From NCBI RefSeq assembly GCF_009914755.1, contig NC_060925.1: DNA of 64,000 nucleotides; one strand, written 5' to 3'. Positions within the stretch are counted from its first letter, which is position 1. Each line of letters starts with the position of its first letter. The notes under the pieces were generated by a model that worked only from the letters and a program-made list of their open reading frames with translations, did no database searches and had not been told where the DNA came from. This DNA comes from the human T2T-CHM13v2.0 reference genome, Homo sapiens. This document shows positions 40,289-59,405 of the stretch, piece after piece. Position numbers and translations under genes: made by a program.

Positions 40289-43200
40289 CTTCTATACCCC
40301 CATTTCAGAAAGCTTTCTTCCTGTAGGAAGCAGGAGGGGTCATGGCCACCAACAGCTCTAGGCTTCTATTATCTCAGGAAAGAAACATTATCTCTCCCAG
40401 TCTCAAACATATGGAAAAAATAAAATAAAATGTTCAGCTTGTCCTGGATTAAGTCATGTGCCTAATCTCTACTAGAGGGACTATGATTGACCAAGTCTGA
40501 CACAGAATGAATCTTGTGGCCAAACTTCATGGACTGGAGGAGAGGTGGTCCCCCAACGGCAAGAAAGTCCTTTTGCCAGATAAAAGGAAGGAGTACTGGG
40601 GAGACAAAATTAACAGGCATCTAATGTGGTGACAGACTCAAAACTCAACTACTGCTTGTTAAATGTCTCTTCCACTTTCATTTAATTTTCACAATAAGCC
40701 TGTGAGGTAAGAATTACTATGTCTGTTTTGTAAATAGGGAAACTGAGACCTGAAGAAATCAAACTAATGTGCCTAAGCTCCCCTGTTCCAAGGTATCAAA
40801 GTCAGGATTTGATTCTGACACTTCTTGGCCCCAGTGCCTGCGCTCTTTCCATTGCATTTTCTGCAGCGCCTGTGGCCATGGAGTTCAGCTGTGGCGTCTA
40901 TGAAATGAGGGTATCGCTTCAGGCTCAGCCCTTCTGAGAGGGAGAGAGGGGACTAAGAGCCATGTGCTACCTCTCTCACAGGTGTGTTTTCTCCCTCTCC
41001 AGTGCAAGTTTAAGAGAACGCTCTTCACTATCATTGGCATTGTTGCCAGAGTCTATGGGTGCACGGTTGCCACGGTGATTAGAGTGATTGCAGTGAAGAT
41101 GGATCCTTCAGAAAAGGCGCCATGGCAGCTCTGTGAGTACCGAAGCCGGTGTGTGCCTACCCTTGCAACTACGAGCTTCTTTCTCCAGTCTTGTGTGCCA
41201 TCTACCCATTTTCCAAGGGCCAGCAGCCAGCCAGCGCAATGCCTTTATAGGCTTCTGGCAGAACTAAGAAAAGAAGGAGAAGAGATACAGAGGGATGAAA
41301 GGTGGAAAAGAAATGGTGGGTGCTTTAGAGAATTAGCAGATGTTAAATTGTGGAGATTTATTCAGAAATGTGTTCAGATGATAATCAGAAGCACCCGTAC
41401 AATGCTGCAATTTATGATATACCTACTGTGTGCATTAGCTCATTGAATCCTCCCCAAGGTTCTCACAATGTTAGTTTAGCACCATGTTTATACTGTCTGT
41501 CTGTCAATCCCCACTAGTCTGTGAGATCCTTGCAGTCATGGGCTTTTTATTGTTCATCTCCATAGCCCCAAAATCTATAGACTGGCTGGCACTAATATAG
41601 GCTTGGAAAACATTTGACAAATGAACGAACATGATGTATAAGTGCATGATCAAGAACCCATACAGGATTTCTGATTCCAAGTCCACAAATTGATCTCCCC
41701 CACCTTTCTGAACTCCTATAAAAATTATGGTCAGGCAATTAATTTGACACTCATATGCTGATTTGCGCCATCTCTTGAGTTGTTGTACTGAACTATAATT
41801 TGAAATTTTTATTGTTATTAAACATTTCACAAGGGGATTTATGTCTTGTTTTCACAACTAGCCTGTGAGCTCATTCATTCATGCAATAAGCATTCACTGA
41901 ATTATGCATTGGGCATTGTTACATGGGTTGTTCCATTTAACCCTTCCTTCTTCTCCATGAGTATAATTATCCAGAGCCTACTGTGTGTCACAGGCACTAT
42001 GTTCAGTGTGTGATATCATCTGTCCTGACAATTCAAAATCTCCAACCAAGCTGCAAACTCAAATGCCTTTAAAGGCCACATTAGTAAGCTCAGGGAGTGA
42101 CGCAGTTGACAGCTAGGAGAGAGTGAGTGTATTTGGATAGGGCTTCTACAGATGACCTTGCAGCTTGTGCATCATACAAAGGTCCCCAGATGAAGACATG
42201 AGGTTGGCCTAAAATCCAGCCTGCTCTCCAAACCATGCATCAGGGTGTGGGGCTATGACTGCATGCAGGTGTTAACACCTTTTTTTTTCTTTCCCTGAAA
42301 AGCACTTTAGCTTGCTAAGCCCTGCACCTGAGGCTGCAATTGGTCAAAAGGGCTACTCTCCTAACTTGCATGAGGGCACAGCATGTGCTAAGGGAGGACC
42401 TATCATTTATGATGTGTGTTGGGGATAGGAAGGAAATAAACCTTAGGTTGCACCTCCCCACTAAGGTCATTAAAATTTAATTAAACAGATTGCTGCACAA
42501 ATAAAATACTTCTATAAAACATATTCCACTTAGAGTAACCCCTAGTTTCTAGGTGATTCTTTATAAACAACTCTACAAAACAGACATTAGCCATCTAATT
42601 TTACAGCTGGGGGAGCTAAACCTCAGAGAATTGAAGTGACCCCTATGAGGTTATGGTTTATGATGTAAGGCCCCAAAAGGTTACGTGCATCTGGAGCTAG
42701 GAATGTAATTCAGCTTCTACCGAGTGACAGGACCTGGGCCCCTTACACTTGATCTTGATCTTCTTGCAGGATTCCAGGCTTTGAGTGTGATGTTTAGTTG
42801 GTGCCAGGGAAGATGAAGACTTGCTTATTTGGATTTTAAATTTGTACTGTTACCGTGGTGGGGAGGGAAGGTTCACCCCCAACACATTCCTCGTACACAT
42901 GCACACATATGCATTCAAGGATAATTTGGGGTTCCCCAGGATAGGCACTCATCAGCTCTCCTGTCCCAGCATTGTTACGGCGGGTGTCTTCGCACACCAG
43001 GAGGAGTCTGAGAACCCCGCGAAGGAGCAGCTGTGTCTGTCAGCCTCACAGGCAGTGAGGAGTTGCTGCAGACAACAGACACGCCGGGGGCACCAAGGAC
43101 CCATTCTGTTTACTCTGCCTCCCTACTGCTCAGTTGTTCGGTCCAATCTGTTTCAGGACTTCAGTCAGTGAAAAGAGTGAAAAAGAAAATCCTTTTAAAC

Positions 43201-44699
43201 CGACAGCCTGAGATATTTTGCAGGTCTAGCTGGGAGCTTCCTGGAAAAATGAACCAAATATGGCTTTGAATGGCACAGACGAAATGAGGGTTCTAATTCC
43301 AGCTCTGCTGTAAATCACTGTGTGGCCTTGGACTGGGCAGTTACCCTGTCTGGACTCATTTTTCATAAACACCAGGCACAGACGAGGTGGTCTCTGGGGT
43401 TCCTGGCAATTCTGTGGGCTATGGCTTGAGAACTCTCTGCAAAACTGGACACAGAGATAACAGCAAATATTGGAGCAGAGACTGTCCGCTGGAGAAAGAC
43501 GAAGGTTTGGCAGTTAGATAAGGAACCCAGACCTCAAACACATTCAACACTGACATCATTAATTGAATTTCCTGTTTGATACCTTTACAGGGCCAGGGAT
43601 GTTTTCAATTAACGTGGGTTAGTAGGTGTTGAAGGGGGTCTATAGCAATGATGATGCCATTGGGGATCTGGCCATCTAGGCAAAGAAGCAGCACTGTACT
43701 GTACTAACAGGAATAAGGACTTCAAAATCAAAGTGCTCTGAGTTCAATTCCTGCCTCTGCCCTTAACACTCAGTAGATAATTATTTAATGAATAAGCTCA
43801 CTGTGTGTCTTTGGTCAAATTGCTTAACTTTCCTGAGCTGTGGTTTCCTCTATTCTTAAGTGAAATAATAATAATGCTGGTTTTACAGGATTAAAATTTT
43901 ACAGGATTGTAAAATTAAATAAGGTGATATAAGTGACCCATAGTAGGCACTCAAAATTATTAGCTTTCTTTCTATCTTCCCTTTTCTTGTAGGGATATGC
44001 TATAAAACTGCAAAAAGCTTAAACAAACTGGAACAGAGACATAGGATCCAGAGATGGAGCAGTGTGCACATGCCCAAAGGTGATTTAGTGGGTCAGGGAG
44101 ATAGGACAGGATTTCATGAGAAGTTCCTTACTCAGAATTCTCCAAGAGATGCTTGGAAGTTTGGGACATTCTGCCTGTACTTCTTTCTGCCTTCCTTCCC
44201 TATGCTCAGGCCTGTTGGTATCTTACCCATTGTTCAGGGCTCAGTTCAGAGACTACTTTCTCTTGGAAGATTCCCATGATGCCTGAGCTACATGTAATCT
44301 TTTCTTCTCTGGACTTCCTCCAGTGCTTCAAGTGTGCATCCATTCCTTTGGACTTTGTGCTATAGCCATTTGCCTCCAAATCTAACATCCCCTATAGGCC
44401 ATAAGTTCCTGTAGGTTAGAGACCAAGTGGGTCTCACTTATCTCTGTACAGATACATCCAAAAGATGTAGGGCCTGGCACAGAGAATAGCCCAGTCGATG
44501 TGTGTGAAATAAACTGACCAGGCTTCCTAAGAGGAAATTAGAGAGGGGATGGGAGGAGATCCATGATTTTGACAGACTCTTCCAAACCCAATTAAAGAGT
44601 CCTAATTCTTTGTTCAAACCATGAAAAGCAGGCAAGATACAGCTTTATCCACAAAGAATGGTCTGGTTAGGAGCTGGGCTGGCCTAATTGAAATAATAA

Positions 44700-44945
44700 A
44701 GTAATGATGATAGATAACACTTACATAGGTCTTACTAAGGACCAAGCATTGCTTTAAGTGCCTTATACATATTAAACCATTTAACCTTCACAATAACCCT
44801 ATGAGGCTAAGACTATTACTAAACCTATTTATGGCTGAAAAGTTTGAGGCTCAAAGACTACAATAATATACCTGAGAACCCTCAGCTGGTAAGTAGGAGA
44901 GCTGGGATATAAACCCAGGAAGTCTTACTCCAAAATCCACATGGC
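44700..44945 (-). mobile_element. MIR SINE
   Basis: 'atttaaccttcacaataaccctatgagg...tgaggctcaaaga...gagctgggatataaacccaggaagtct'. Confidence 0.7.
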
Positions 44946-46517
44946 ATTCCCTAAATACAGAAGGGAAATTCCCTGTGACCCAGAAAACTATGAGATTATG
45001 TTCCCTGGGAACTCAGGCAAGTCACTAATCATTGTTGGGCTCGTATGTCCCCCCACCAGAAGGTGGTTTCAGAGCCGCCCTTCTCACCTTCGCAAAGCCC
45101 TTTACACAACGTCATACATCAGCTTAAGGCACCAGTTTAGGGAAAGAATAGGAAGGAGACTAAACTGGCCAGCATAGAGGGGAATCTGGGCCCCTTTCCT
45201 GTTTCTTGAAGGTGATCCTGTCTGCCTTCCATGCACAGAGAGGCCTCGGCTGGGCCCTCCCACCACTATCACCTCTTCTCCCAGCCATAGGCTAATTAGG
45301 AAGCAACATACACATGGGGCCGTATGCCCATCCCTCTCCTCAATATCATCCTTATTGCCTAATCATTAGCCTAAAGTAATGCGCCTGTTGTGGGCTAGCC
45401 ACTGTTGACCTCCCCAACTCCAAGTCTGGCCACTCTCCAGCCGGCACACTCAGTCCAGCCAAACCAAACCCCTGCCATTCCTCAAAAGTGCTTTTTTAAA
45501 ATTTTTCTAATGCCTTGTGTTATACATAGGTGCACACTGTTTTTCTAATCACTATGTGTTGTCCCTCACCTGAATCTACCCCTCTGACTTCCGCTCATCT
45601 TTCAAAAATTAGCTCAGGCATCATCTTCTTTAAGATTTCCGTGGGACTCAACCTCTGCCATGCTCTACCTCATACCCTCATCTGTGTTTCTTTATTTGTG
45701 ATGACACAGTATTGTCATTATCCCTTTGCTTCCCTGGCTTCCCGAGAGTCCATAAAACCCTGATGGCAGAGACTGTTTCTTTTATTTCTGTTCTCCAAAC
45801 TGGGAGTAGAGGTGCTCAATAAATATTGCTACATAAATAATAATTTATGTGCAATAATTTATCACATAATTGCAATGTATACAGCACTTCATATTTTTCT
45901 CGGGCTTATCAAGAATATAAGGTAGATATTTGTGGGTATTTGTATCCTATAACAGAAACAATGTTTGGCCATATCCCCGAGTTAAAAAATTAAACTGTAG
46001 GTGCTGAAGCTCAAGTCCTATGTCTTTAAACTGCATTCAGTGAACCCCAAATAAATAGCATTTTTCCCTGCCTAGGTTTTGGAAAAAATAAAAAATAAAT
46101 AACAGTAAAGAGAGAAACCAAAGTGTCAACTATATTACTGCTAGAGGCCAAGTTGGAGGACATGGCCTTAGGTCCCTTAGCCAAGTGACTTGCAAATACC
46201 TAACTCTAGAACTGGACAGACAAGCCCACCAGTCCAAGGCATTCCTGAATTGCCTTACCTGATACCTGCCAAGGTAAGACCTAAGGAATGAGTAAGCAGA
46301 GAGGAACAAATGCTCTCTGCAGATAGACCTCTCTCAAGAGAGAAGGAAAATGGATCTGAGTGAGCGTGCCTAGTTATTGTTTCCAAATTCACCAACCAGA
46401 AAAAGTACTTTAATTCCCCCGAGAAGGGGTGGAGAAAGGCCAGATTCATGCAAAAAGAAAATCCCTTCTCACAGAAAGCCAGAGTGAGAAAAAATGATTG
46501 CATAACTCTAATAATAA

Positions 46518-46709
<192 letters not shown>

Positions 46710-47207
46710 TGAAGAAAAGTTCCATTCCTCAGATACCCCCAGGTAGAATTTACCAAACCTGTTCATGGATTTTTAATTTTTGCAAAAATAGTGAGTTGTT
46801 TGCAATCTCTATAAAACATCCAAGCAACGGAGTCTGAAAGACGATTGAGTCTATATTCCCGTAGTGCAGAGGTTAGGTCTGGGCTCAATCTGTCATTGTA
46901 GGAGACATCAATCTATAAAGGTAACTAAAAAGAGGAGAGTAATGAGACTCCCCAGATAGAATAGATAAAGTGAGATAGAAATAGACTAAAACGCAGTCCC
47001 CTAGAACACTATCAGTTAAGGGACAGAAAAAGAGGAGGAGCCTATAGAGGGCACTAAGGAGTGGCCAGAGATGTCAGAGGAAAGACCTGAGAAGAACTGG
47101 CTGTGCAAGCCCAAGGAAAGGGAGGTCACAGTTGAGGGAGGGGCCATCAGTGTCCTGTGTTCCTGAAGGATTAAGCCTGATCCTCCCTCCTCCAACAAAA
47201 GACCTCA

Positions 47208-47444
<237 letters not shown>

Positions 47445-47569
47445 ACCTCAGTTTCCTCATCTCAGTTTCCTCAACTGCAAACTGAGTATAATAAATAACA
47501 TCTTCCTAAAGCAGTCATTAGGACTGGACTGTTAATGAGTATTTGATTTTCTCATTTTTGGCACGTTAG

Positions 47570-47916
47570 GCACAATTATTCATCCCAATTAACATAGGCA
47601 GGACCTCTGATTTGCTTAATCCAATAAAATATAGACAGAAGTAATGTGTAGCATTTCCAGGTAGAAGCTTTGGGAATTAGTGTGTGCTTTACCATTTTCT
47701 CTTCCCTCTCTGTCATGACAATCTCAATGTTCCTAAGTAGCTTCCTTGTCACTCTGAGTCCAAGAGTGAAAACAAAGATAACACTGAGTAGAGTCAGCAG
47801 CCAACCTATGATGAATATGTAACATGAGCGAGAAATAAACCTTTGTTGTTTCAAGCCACCTAGATTTCTGGAATGCTTGTTATTGAATAATAATGTAACC
47901 TATTCTTACTGATACA
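47570..47916 (+). mobile_element. MLT1-type MaLR LTR relic
   Basis: 'catgagcgagaaataaacctttgttgtttcaagccac...aacctattcttactgataca' MLT1 3' end. Confidence 0.7.
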
Positions 47917-49267
47917 ATACCTTGTAAAATTACTGCAAGAATTACATGCAAAAATATGTAATATGGCATAGAGAACAAGATAATATGGAAAACAGAGGCC
48001 AATTAATAAATAATGATTCCTTTTACTTTTTGGGAGCTGTAAAAAGTCCTGCTGTTTGGATAAGAAATATCTGGAGTTGTTTATAGGATGCAGAAATTGT
48101 TTTAATAGTAATTGATGATAGCCGACATTTATTGAATCATTACTACAAGCCAGATTCTGTATATAGAAAAATTCCTTGCTCTTGCTAGCTTATTTCCCTG
48201 TCGTTTATTTTTCCTCTCCCTGAATCACTTCCAGTGATCCTTTTCAACCAACTAGATAATGTCCTGTTCATCTCAGGGCAAAAAGGGGCTCTGGAAATCA
48301 CGTAGCTCAATGTCTGCCCAATGTCAGAGCTTCCTTCACAATCTCCCTGGTATGTAGACATCCAAATTTTGCTAAATCAATCTCTATGGCATGTTGCTTG
48401 CTACCTCATAAGGCAGTTGCTAGACCATAAGTTCTGAAATGTTAGGGCCCATATTTGTTGTGTTCACTTTGGAATTTCCTGTGGCCAGCATAGTACCTGG
48501 CAACATAGTGGAATGTCAATAAGTATATCTTAAAAGAATGACTGACCATACAAACCAACATTTATTTAGCTCTAATTTTTATTTTCCTTGTCTGTAAAAT
48601 GGTGGTAACAATACTAACCTCAGAAGACTTGGTAATGCATGTACCTGATATATTGTAGAAGCTCTATTAGTGTTATTTTCTATCCCTTATCTCATTTCTT
48701 ATTCTGAAACAAAGCACAACATAAATGAATGTTGGAATACAAATTGAGCCATTCACTGGTCTTCCAACTAATATTTCATAGCCAAATTTCTGGGTAATTC
48801 CTGGAACAAAAGCATGATATGTATAGTGTGCACTTATAATCATGTACTTGCAGATTTTGGAAGGCAGTATAGTTCAACGATGAGAAACTCAAGCTCTACA
48901 GTCTGACAAAATTGGATGAAAATGTACTCCTTGTGGATTGCTTGACCTTACAAGTTTCCTATACTTACCAGTAGCCATCAAACCTTTTTATCTTTAAATG
49001 AGGATACCTCATAGGGTTGTTGCAAGGTCCAAAGAAAATAAAATGACATAAAGTGCTCAGCACAGAGTCTGCAACATAGCAAACATTTATTAAATATGTG
49101 ATATTGGTGTTATTCATGTAGGATGTTAAGAGACCTTAGAGACCATCTATTCTTAGAGACCCCCAATAAATTCACAAGAGCTAGATAATTAGATCCTGTC
49201 TGTAATGTGTTGGCTTTCACTACCTCTCACTTCCATAAATAGATATAGCCATCTTTGACGATTCTGA

Positions 49268-49725
49268 TGTATTAGTTAGGGTAATAGTGGCCGCTGTAAC
49301 AAAGACATCTAAAGTGTATATGGCTCATATATACTCATATAAGTTATTTCTCATTCAAGTTCAGACTTGGTTTTCCCAATTGGTTGCTGGCTTTCCTCCA
49401 CGTGATGATTTAGGGGCATAAGTTATTTGTGTCTTCAACACATGACTTCCAAGGACATCAAGCTTGCCTACATCAAACTATTAGGAAAGAAATGAGGAAG
49501 TGGTGAAGCCATGTCTGTTTTTTCATGCCATTGAAGTGACACACATCTCTTCTGTTCACACTTTTTTGGGTGAGAACTAATCACGTGGCACCATCTAAAT
49601 GTAGGGGGTGCTGGGAAATATAATAGCTATTTGGCTTGGCAGCTATTTCCCAGTGGCCACCTCTATTCTAATTCTATTAAAGGAGAAGCATGAGTTTTGA
49701 TGGTCAGTTAGCTGTATCTCTCATA
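49268..49725. mobile_element. MLT1-type MaLR LTR relic
   Basis: 'tgttattagttagggtaatagtggccgctgtaac...gaagtgacacacatctcttctgttcacac...gctgggaaatataatag'. Confidence 0.6.
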
Positions 49726-50858
49726 ACTGATAAGCCTATTGTCATCTATATTTTCTTTGCTATGATTTGCACGGTCCTAGAAGAAAGGTTTTAATTTAAA
49801 CATAAGCATCCCTAAAGCAGTATATTACCATGTGGCATAACTCATAACAATTTCAAATGAATATCACAATGGAGGCAAGAAGTAGAGTGTAGAATGTGTT
49901 GGGAAAGGGAAGGAGGAAGTGATAGAAGAAACAAGAGAAAGTTAGAATTGAGTAGAGCTAGGAGAGGGCACTTTACACACAATATTTATAATCTTCAAAA
50001 GAATCCTTTAGGAAGAATGTACTTCCCATTCAATAAACAAGGAAACTGAGGCTCAGAGAGAGGTGGCACGGCTTACCCAAGGTCACACAATGTGAAACTG
50101 CAGACCACAGATTCAATCCCAGATTGGTCTAAAGGCAAATCAAACATTCTCTTTCTCTCTCCTTATTTCTCTCTCTCAAGGCAAACTTAAGAGGAGTCTC
50201 TTAGTGTAACTCTTTCAGTCTTCCTCACTGGCCTGCTCTGTTCTCCAGCTGGCCAAACTTTGACCAGTTCCCTTTCTTCTAGAAAGAGTAAGCTTGCAAT
50301 TGGTTTTAATTCCCACTTCCATTGACATTGCACTGTAGTCTCATCCATAAGTAGAATTACAAGGATAATCTAATGCTCACCCACTTTTATTAACTCCTCT
50401 AATCAAACCAGCAATTTTTTTTCATATTACATGAAAGAATATTAATAAATTCTGTTTATGGCAAAATCTGTGAAATTTCTACTTTAAATAACCTAATATT
50501 TCCCTACACCTCAGTCAAATCCTATCTATATCTTGACAGCAATGTCCATACTACTTTGAATGGGAGAAAAAAGGATAGGATCAGAATTTTTAGGAGCAAA
50601 ATATGAATTTCCACATTGCATTTGACTTTACCATTTCAACACAGATTGTGATCCTACTGTTGAAGGATAATAAAAAAAATTAGCTTCATTTGCTGTAGGT
50701 GATTTCCTCATAAATGACTCATATTTGTCTAGTAAATTTTGCCCAGCCCTCTCATCCAGGAGGTACTCATCAGCCACAGAGAGCCAAATACTAAGTTTGA
50801 CACTGGTGGATGCTTATTTTTGATCACTTCAATTTATAGGAATTTTTCTCTGTCTCTA

Positions 50859-50907
50859 TACACACACACACATACACCCCACCACCACCACCACCACCAC
50901 CACCACA
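50859..50907. repeat. (CA)n followed by (CAC)n microsatellite
   Basis: Direct sequence. Confidence 0.9.
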
Positions 50908-51782
50908 GAGAAGAGAATCCAGTACAATTCACAGGGAGAATTAATTAGTGCATATCAAATGTGAGCTTGACAGGGCTATGATTTAAATACAAAGATGCCT
51001 GAAGAATTATGAGTCAATATTTGAGCTCCATGCTAGTCTGATGCTATTGTATCCACCTGAACAAATACGGCCTAGCATCCTACCTTCTTTGCAGCTGTTT
51101 GAGTCTCTCCCTACAGGGTGGTAGGTCTGAAGGGGCCTTTTCAGTGGGGGAAGAGGGTAGGGAAGGATTCTACACAGGGCTCAGCAAGCTGGAAGACAGC
51201 TGGAGGGAACAAGCTTCTCTCCTTCACGCTTCTCTCTGCTGCCAGGAAACAGCAGTTCCACGAGTAGAACAGAAGCACCCAGTCAGCTGGATGTCCATAT
51301 GGAGACTTTTACCCAGGATCTGACACATTAACTGTGGGACATCTGGTAAGTCCCTTTCTCCCTGCTGAGCCTCACTTTTCTCATTCATAAAGTAAAGATA
51401 GTATTCCTGCCCTCATAAAGTTGCAAGCATTTTTAAACGTTTACATGTTTAGGGCAACCCTTTATCCCAGGCTCTGATCTAACATTTGCATGCAGTTTCT
51501 CACCCAATCCTCCTAAGAATCCTATGAATCCATGGATACAAAAGGGAACCAAGGAGCAGAGAATTGGAGGATTTTTCCCAAACACACTAGAATAGTAAAT
51601 GATTATATGAATGATGACAAAAAACAATAATGTAATTAATAAGTTGGCAAAGAGCTTGAATAGGTATCGTCCAAAGAAGATATACAAATGTCTAACAAGC
51701 TGTAGTCCGTACTCTTACTGTAATCCATCTTGGTGGTTCTCTTTTGGCTTTAGATGGAAGATGTTCAGTTTAAAATAATTCA

Positions 51783-52194
<412 letters not shown>

Positions 52195-53454
52195 TCATCG
52201 GGGTTCTTTCTTTCTCTGCTCTTCTACTCTTTGCAGGTTCATCACATTCTCCCCTACTTCCATTGGGTCAGCACAAACAGCTACAGGCACCTCCAGTTTA
52301 TATCATTCTTATAGTTCACGACCAATGGAAGACAGCATCTTTCAAAAAAGTTCCTTTGAAAAAGTTCCAAGAAGGCTTTACTTGGCCTACCTTGGGCCTA
52401 GCTTGTCTCCTACTGTGATAGAGGAGTCAGAACTAGGACTGAAAAGGGGTGGTGTGAGGTCATCCTTTGCTAAATCTCCTGGGATGGGGAAGGATGGTTC
52501 CCCAGAGAAATGAATGCTGAGCGAACATCAGTATATGTCAATCTCATAAGGATTAGATAAGTATATAACAAGAACCTTATACACAATACCTTCTATTTTT
52601 TTAACCCAACGATGAAATCATTCCTAAAACCCTCTTCGAAAAGTTCTTGCTTCCATGCATTAATATCTATTTAGATCATTGGACTTGGAATCTCATCTGT
52701 TCCAAGAAACCTTGCGTCCCCTTCTCTATGTTTATATCCCCTCAAAACTCCCTATTGCAGTCCTTGTCATTCCTGGCTTGTATGAGAGTTGTTTATGGCC
52801 ATATCTGTCTATCCAATTACTCTCACTTAACTAGATTCTGAGCCAGGCAGGGACTCAATCTCATTGTCGCAGAGGAGAGTTGCATGCTTGGGCTTTGCGA
52901 TCAGAGATCTAGATTTGAATTCTAATTCTGCCACTTAGCTATATGATTTACTAAAGTTACTTACTCACTCTAAACTTAAGTTTCCTCACCTATAAATTTG
53001 GTGATAATATATATCTTTAATTTAAAAAATTATTCTTTTATAGCCATATTTTAAATCATAAGGGATTTAAAGCAGCTTATAAAATGTACACAATAAAGTA
53101 AAAAAATACATATGAGAGCCAGAGAAAGCATAAATTACAGTAGATATATTTAAGACCTGAGTGAAGGTAAGAATACAAATATATAGACCTTCATAATTGT
53201 TAAAATATAGGTCATATATAATTATTAAAAACTGAGCTACATCTTTCCAAGAAACAATTAGAAAAAGGAAACTTGGGCAGTTAAGTGATTTCTCTTCTAT
53301 GTGTGGCAGAAACATGAAGAAGGAACATTTCAAGTCCTCATAAAAGTAGAGCTTTTCCTGGCATTTGTTTCTAAATACTAATCCAAGAGGACATAGGGGT
53401 GAATGAGATCTGAAATAATATATATAAAGTCCCTGATTGCTGGTCCAAAAGAGG

Positions 53455-53827
53455 TGCTTCCAAAAGACACAAATAAATGGAAAGAATTTCCATGTTCATA
53501 GACTGGAAGACTTAATATTGTTAAGATGTAAATACTGCCCAGAGCAACCTACAGATTTAATTCTTATCAAAATCACAATGATAATTTTTGGGAAAAGTAG
53601 AAAAATCCATCCTAAAATTTTTACAAAATCTTAAAAGTCCCCAAATAGCCAAAACAATCTTAAATAGGAACAAAGTTGGAGGTTTCATACTTCTTGATTT
53701 CAATATGTATTACAAAGCTACAGGAATCAAAACAGTGCAGCACTGCCTGAGAGACAGATATATAGACCAACTGAATAGAATTAAAAGCCCAGAAATAAAC
53801 CTTCACATATATATTCAAATGATTTTT
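53455..53827 (+). mobile_element. Old L1M (L1MA/MB-like) ORF2 fragment, left part of the element split by the young L1
   Basis: Translates to degenerate ORF2 (KSILKF...IAKTILNRNKVGGFILLDFNMYYKATGIKTV); continues colinearly at 59857. Confidence 0.85.
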
Positions 53828-54078
53828 TTTTCCTTGGTCCTCTTGTTTTATTTTTTTATTTATTTATTTTTTTATTATACTTTAAGTTTTAGGGTACATG
53901 TGCACATTGTGCAGGTTAGTTACATATGTATACATGTGCCACGCTGGTGCGCTGCACCCACTAACTCGTCGTCTAGCATTAGGTATATCTCCCAGTGCTA
54001 TCCCTCCCCCCTCCCCCGACCCCACCACAGTCCCCAGAGTGTGATATTCCCCTTCCTGTGTCCATGTGATCTCATTGT

Positions 54079-57879
<3,801 letters not shown>

Positions 57880-58045
57880 TATGATGTTAGCTGGTGATTT
57901 TGCTCGTTAGTTGATGCAGTTTCTTCCTAGTCTCGATGGTCTTTACATTTTGGCATGATTTTGCAGCGGCTGGTACCGGTTGTTCCTTTCCATGTTTAGC
58001 GCTTCCTTCAGGAGCTCTTTTAGGGCAGGCCTGGTGGTGACAAAA

Positions 58046-58954
58046 TCAGTCAGCATTTGCTTGTCTGTATTTTATTTCTCCTTCACTTATGAAGCTTAGT
58101 TTGGCTGGATATGAAATTCTGGGTTGAAAATTCTTTTCTTTAAGAATGTTGAATATTGGCCCCCACTCTCTTCTGGCTTGTAGGGTTTCTGCCGAGAGAT
58201 CCGCTGTTAGTCTGATGGGCTTCCCTTTGAGGGTAACCCGACCTTTCTCTCTGGCTGCCCTTAACATTTTTTCCTTCATTTCCACTTTGGTGAATCTGAC
58301 AATTACGTGTCTTGGAGTTGCTCTTCTCGAGGAGTATCTTTGTGGCGTTCTCTGTATTTCCTGAATCTGAACGTTGGCCTGCCTTGCTAGATTGGGGAAG
58401 TTCTCCTGGATAATATCCTGCAGAGTATTTTCCAACTTGGTTCCATTCTCCCCATCGCTTTCAGGTACACCAATCAGACGTAGATTTGGTCTTTTCACAT
58501 AGTCCCATATTTCTTGGAGGCTTTGCTCATTTCTTTTTATTCTTTTTTCTCTAGACTTCCCTTCTCGCTTCATTTCATTCATTTCATCTTCCATTGCTGA
58601 TACCCTTTCTTCCAGTTGATCGCATCGGCTCCTGAGGCTTCTGCATTCTTCACGTATTTCTCGAGCCTTGGTTTTCAGCTCCATCAGCTCCTTTAAGCAC
58701 TTCTCTGTATTGGTTATTCTAGTTATACATTCTTCTAAATTTTTTTCAAAGTTTTCAACTTCTTTGCCTTTGGTTTGAATGTCCTCCCATAGCTCAGAGT
58801 AATTTGATCGTCTGAAGCCTTCTTCTCTCAGCTCGTCAAAGTCATTCTCCATCCAGCTTTGTTCCGTTGCTGGTGAGGAACTGCGTTCCTTTGGAGGAGG
58901 AGAGGTGCTCTGCATTTTAGAGTTTCCAGTTTTTCTGTTCTGTTTTTTCCCCAT
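58046..58954 (-). pseudogene. L1 ORF1p, frameshifted near the C-terminus (302 aa vs 338 aa canonical)
   Basis: MGKKQNRKTGNSK...ISEGEIKY then out-of-frame RQANAD*, caused by a ~5-nt deletion near 58069. Confidence 0.93.
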
Positions 58955-59405
58955 CTTTGTGGTTTTATCTACTTTTGGTCTTTGATGATGGTGATGTACA
59001 GATGGGTTTTCGGTGTGGATGTCCTTTCTGTTAGTTTTCCTTCTAACAGACAGGACCCTCAGCTGCAGGTCTGTTGGAATACCCTGCCGTGTGAGGTGTC
59101 AGTGTGCCCCTGCTGGGGGGTGCCTCCCAGTTAGGCTGCTCGGGTGTCAGGGGTCAGGGACCCACTTGAGGAGGCAGTCTGCCGGTTCTCAGATCTCCAG
59201 CTGCGTGCTGGGAGAACCACTGCTCTCTTCAAAGCTGTCAGACAGGGACACTTAAGTCTGCAGAGGTTACTGCTGTCTTTTTGTTTGTCTGTGCCCTGCC
59301 CCCAGAGGTGGAGCCTACAGAGGCAGGCAGGCCTCCTTGAGCTGTGGTGGGCTCCACCCAGTTCGAGCTTCCTGGCTGCTTTGTTTACCTAAGCAAGCCT
59401 GGGCA

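Noticed and set aside
40964-41446. 160-aa ORF in partly unique sequence (also 29670-30134 and 1979-2404)
   Set aside because: No recognisable homology or exon structure, and partly overlapping MIR/L2 relics; consistent with chance ORFs.
50739-50948. ORF with a poly-His run
   Set aside because: Product of a (CAC)n microsatellite, with a non-ATG start.
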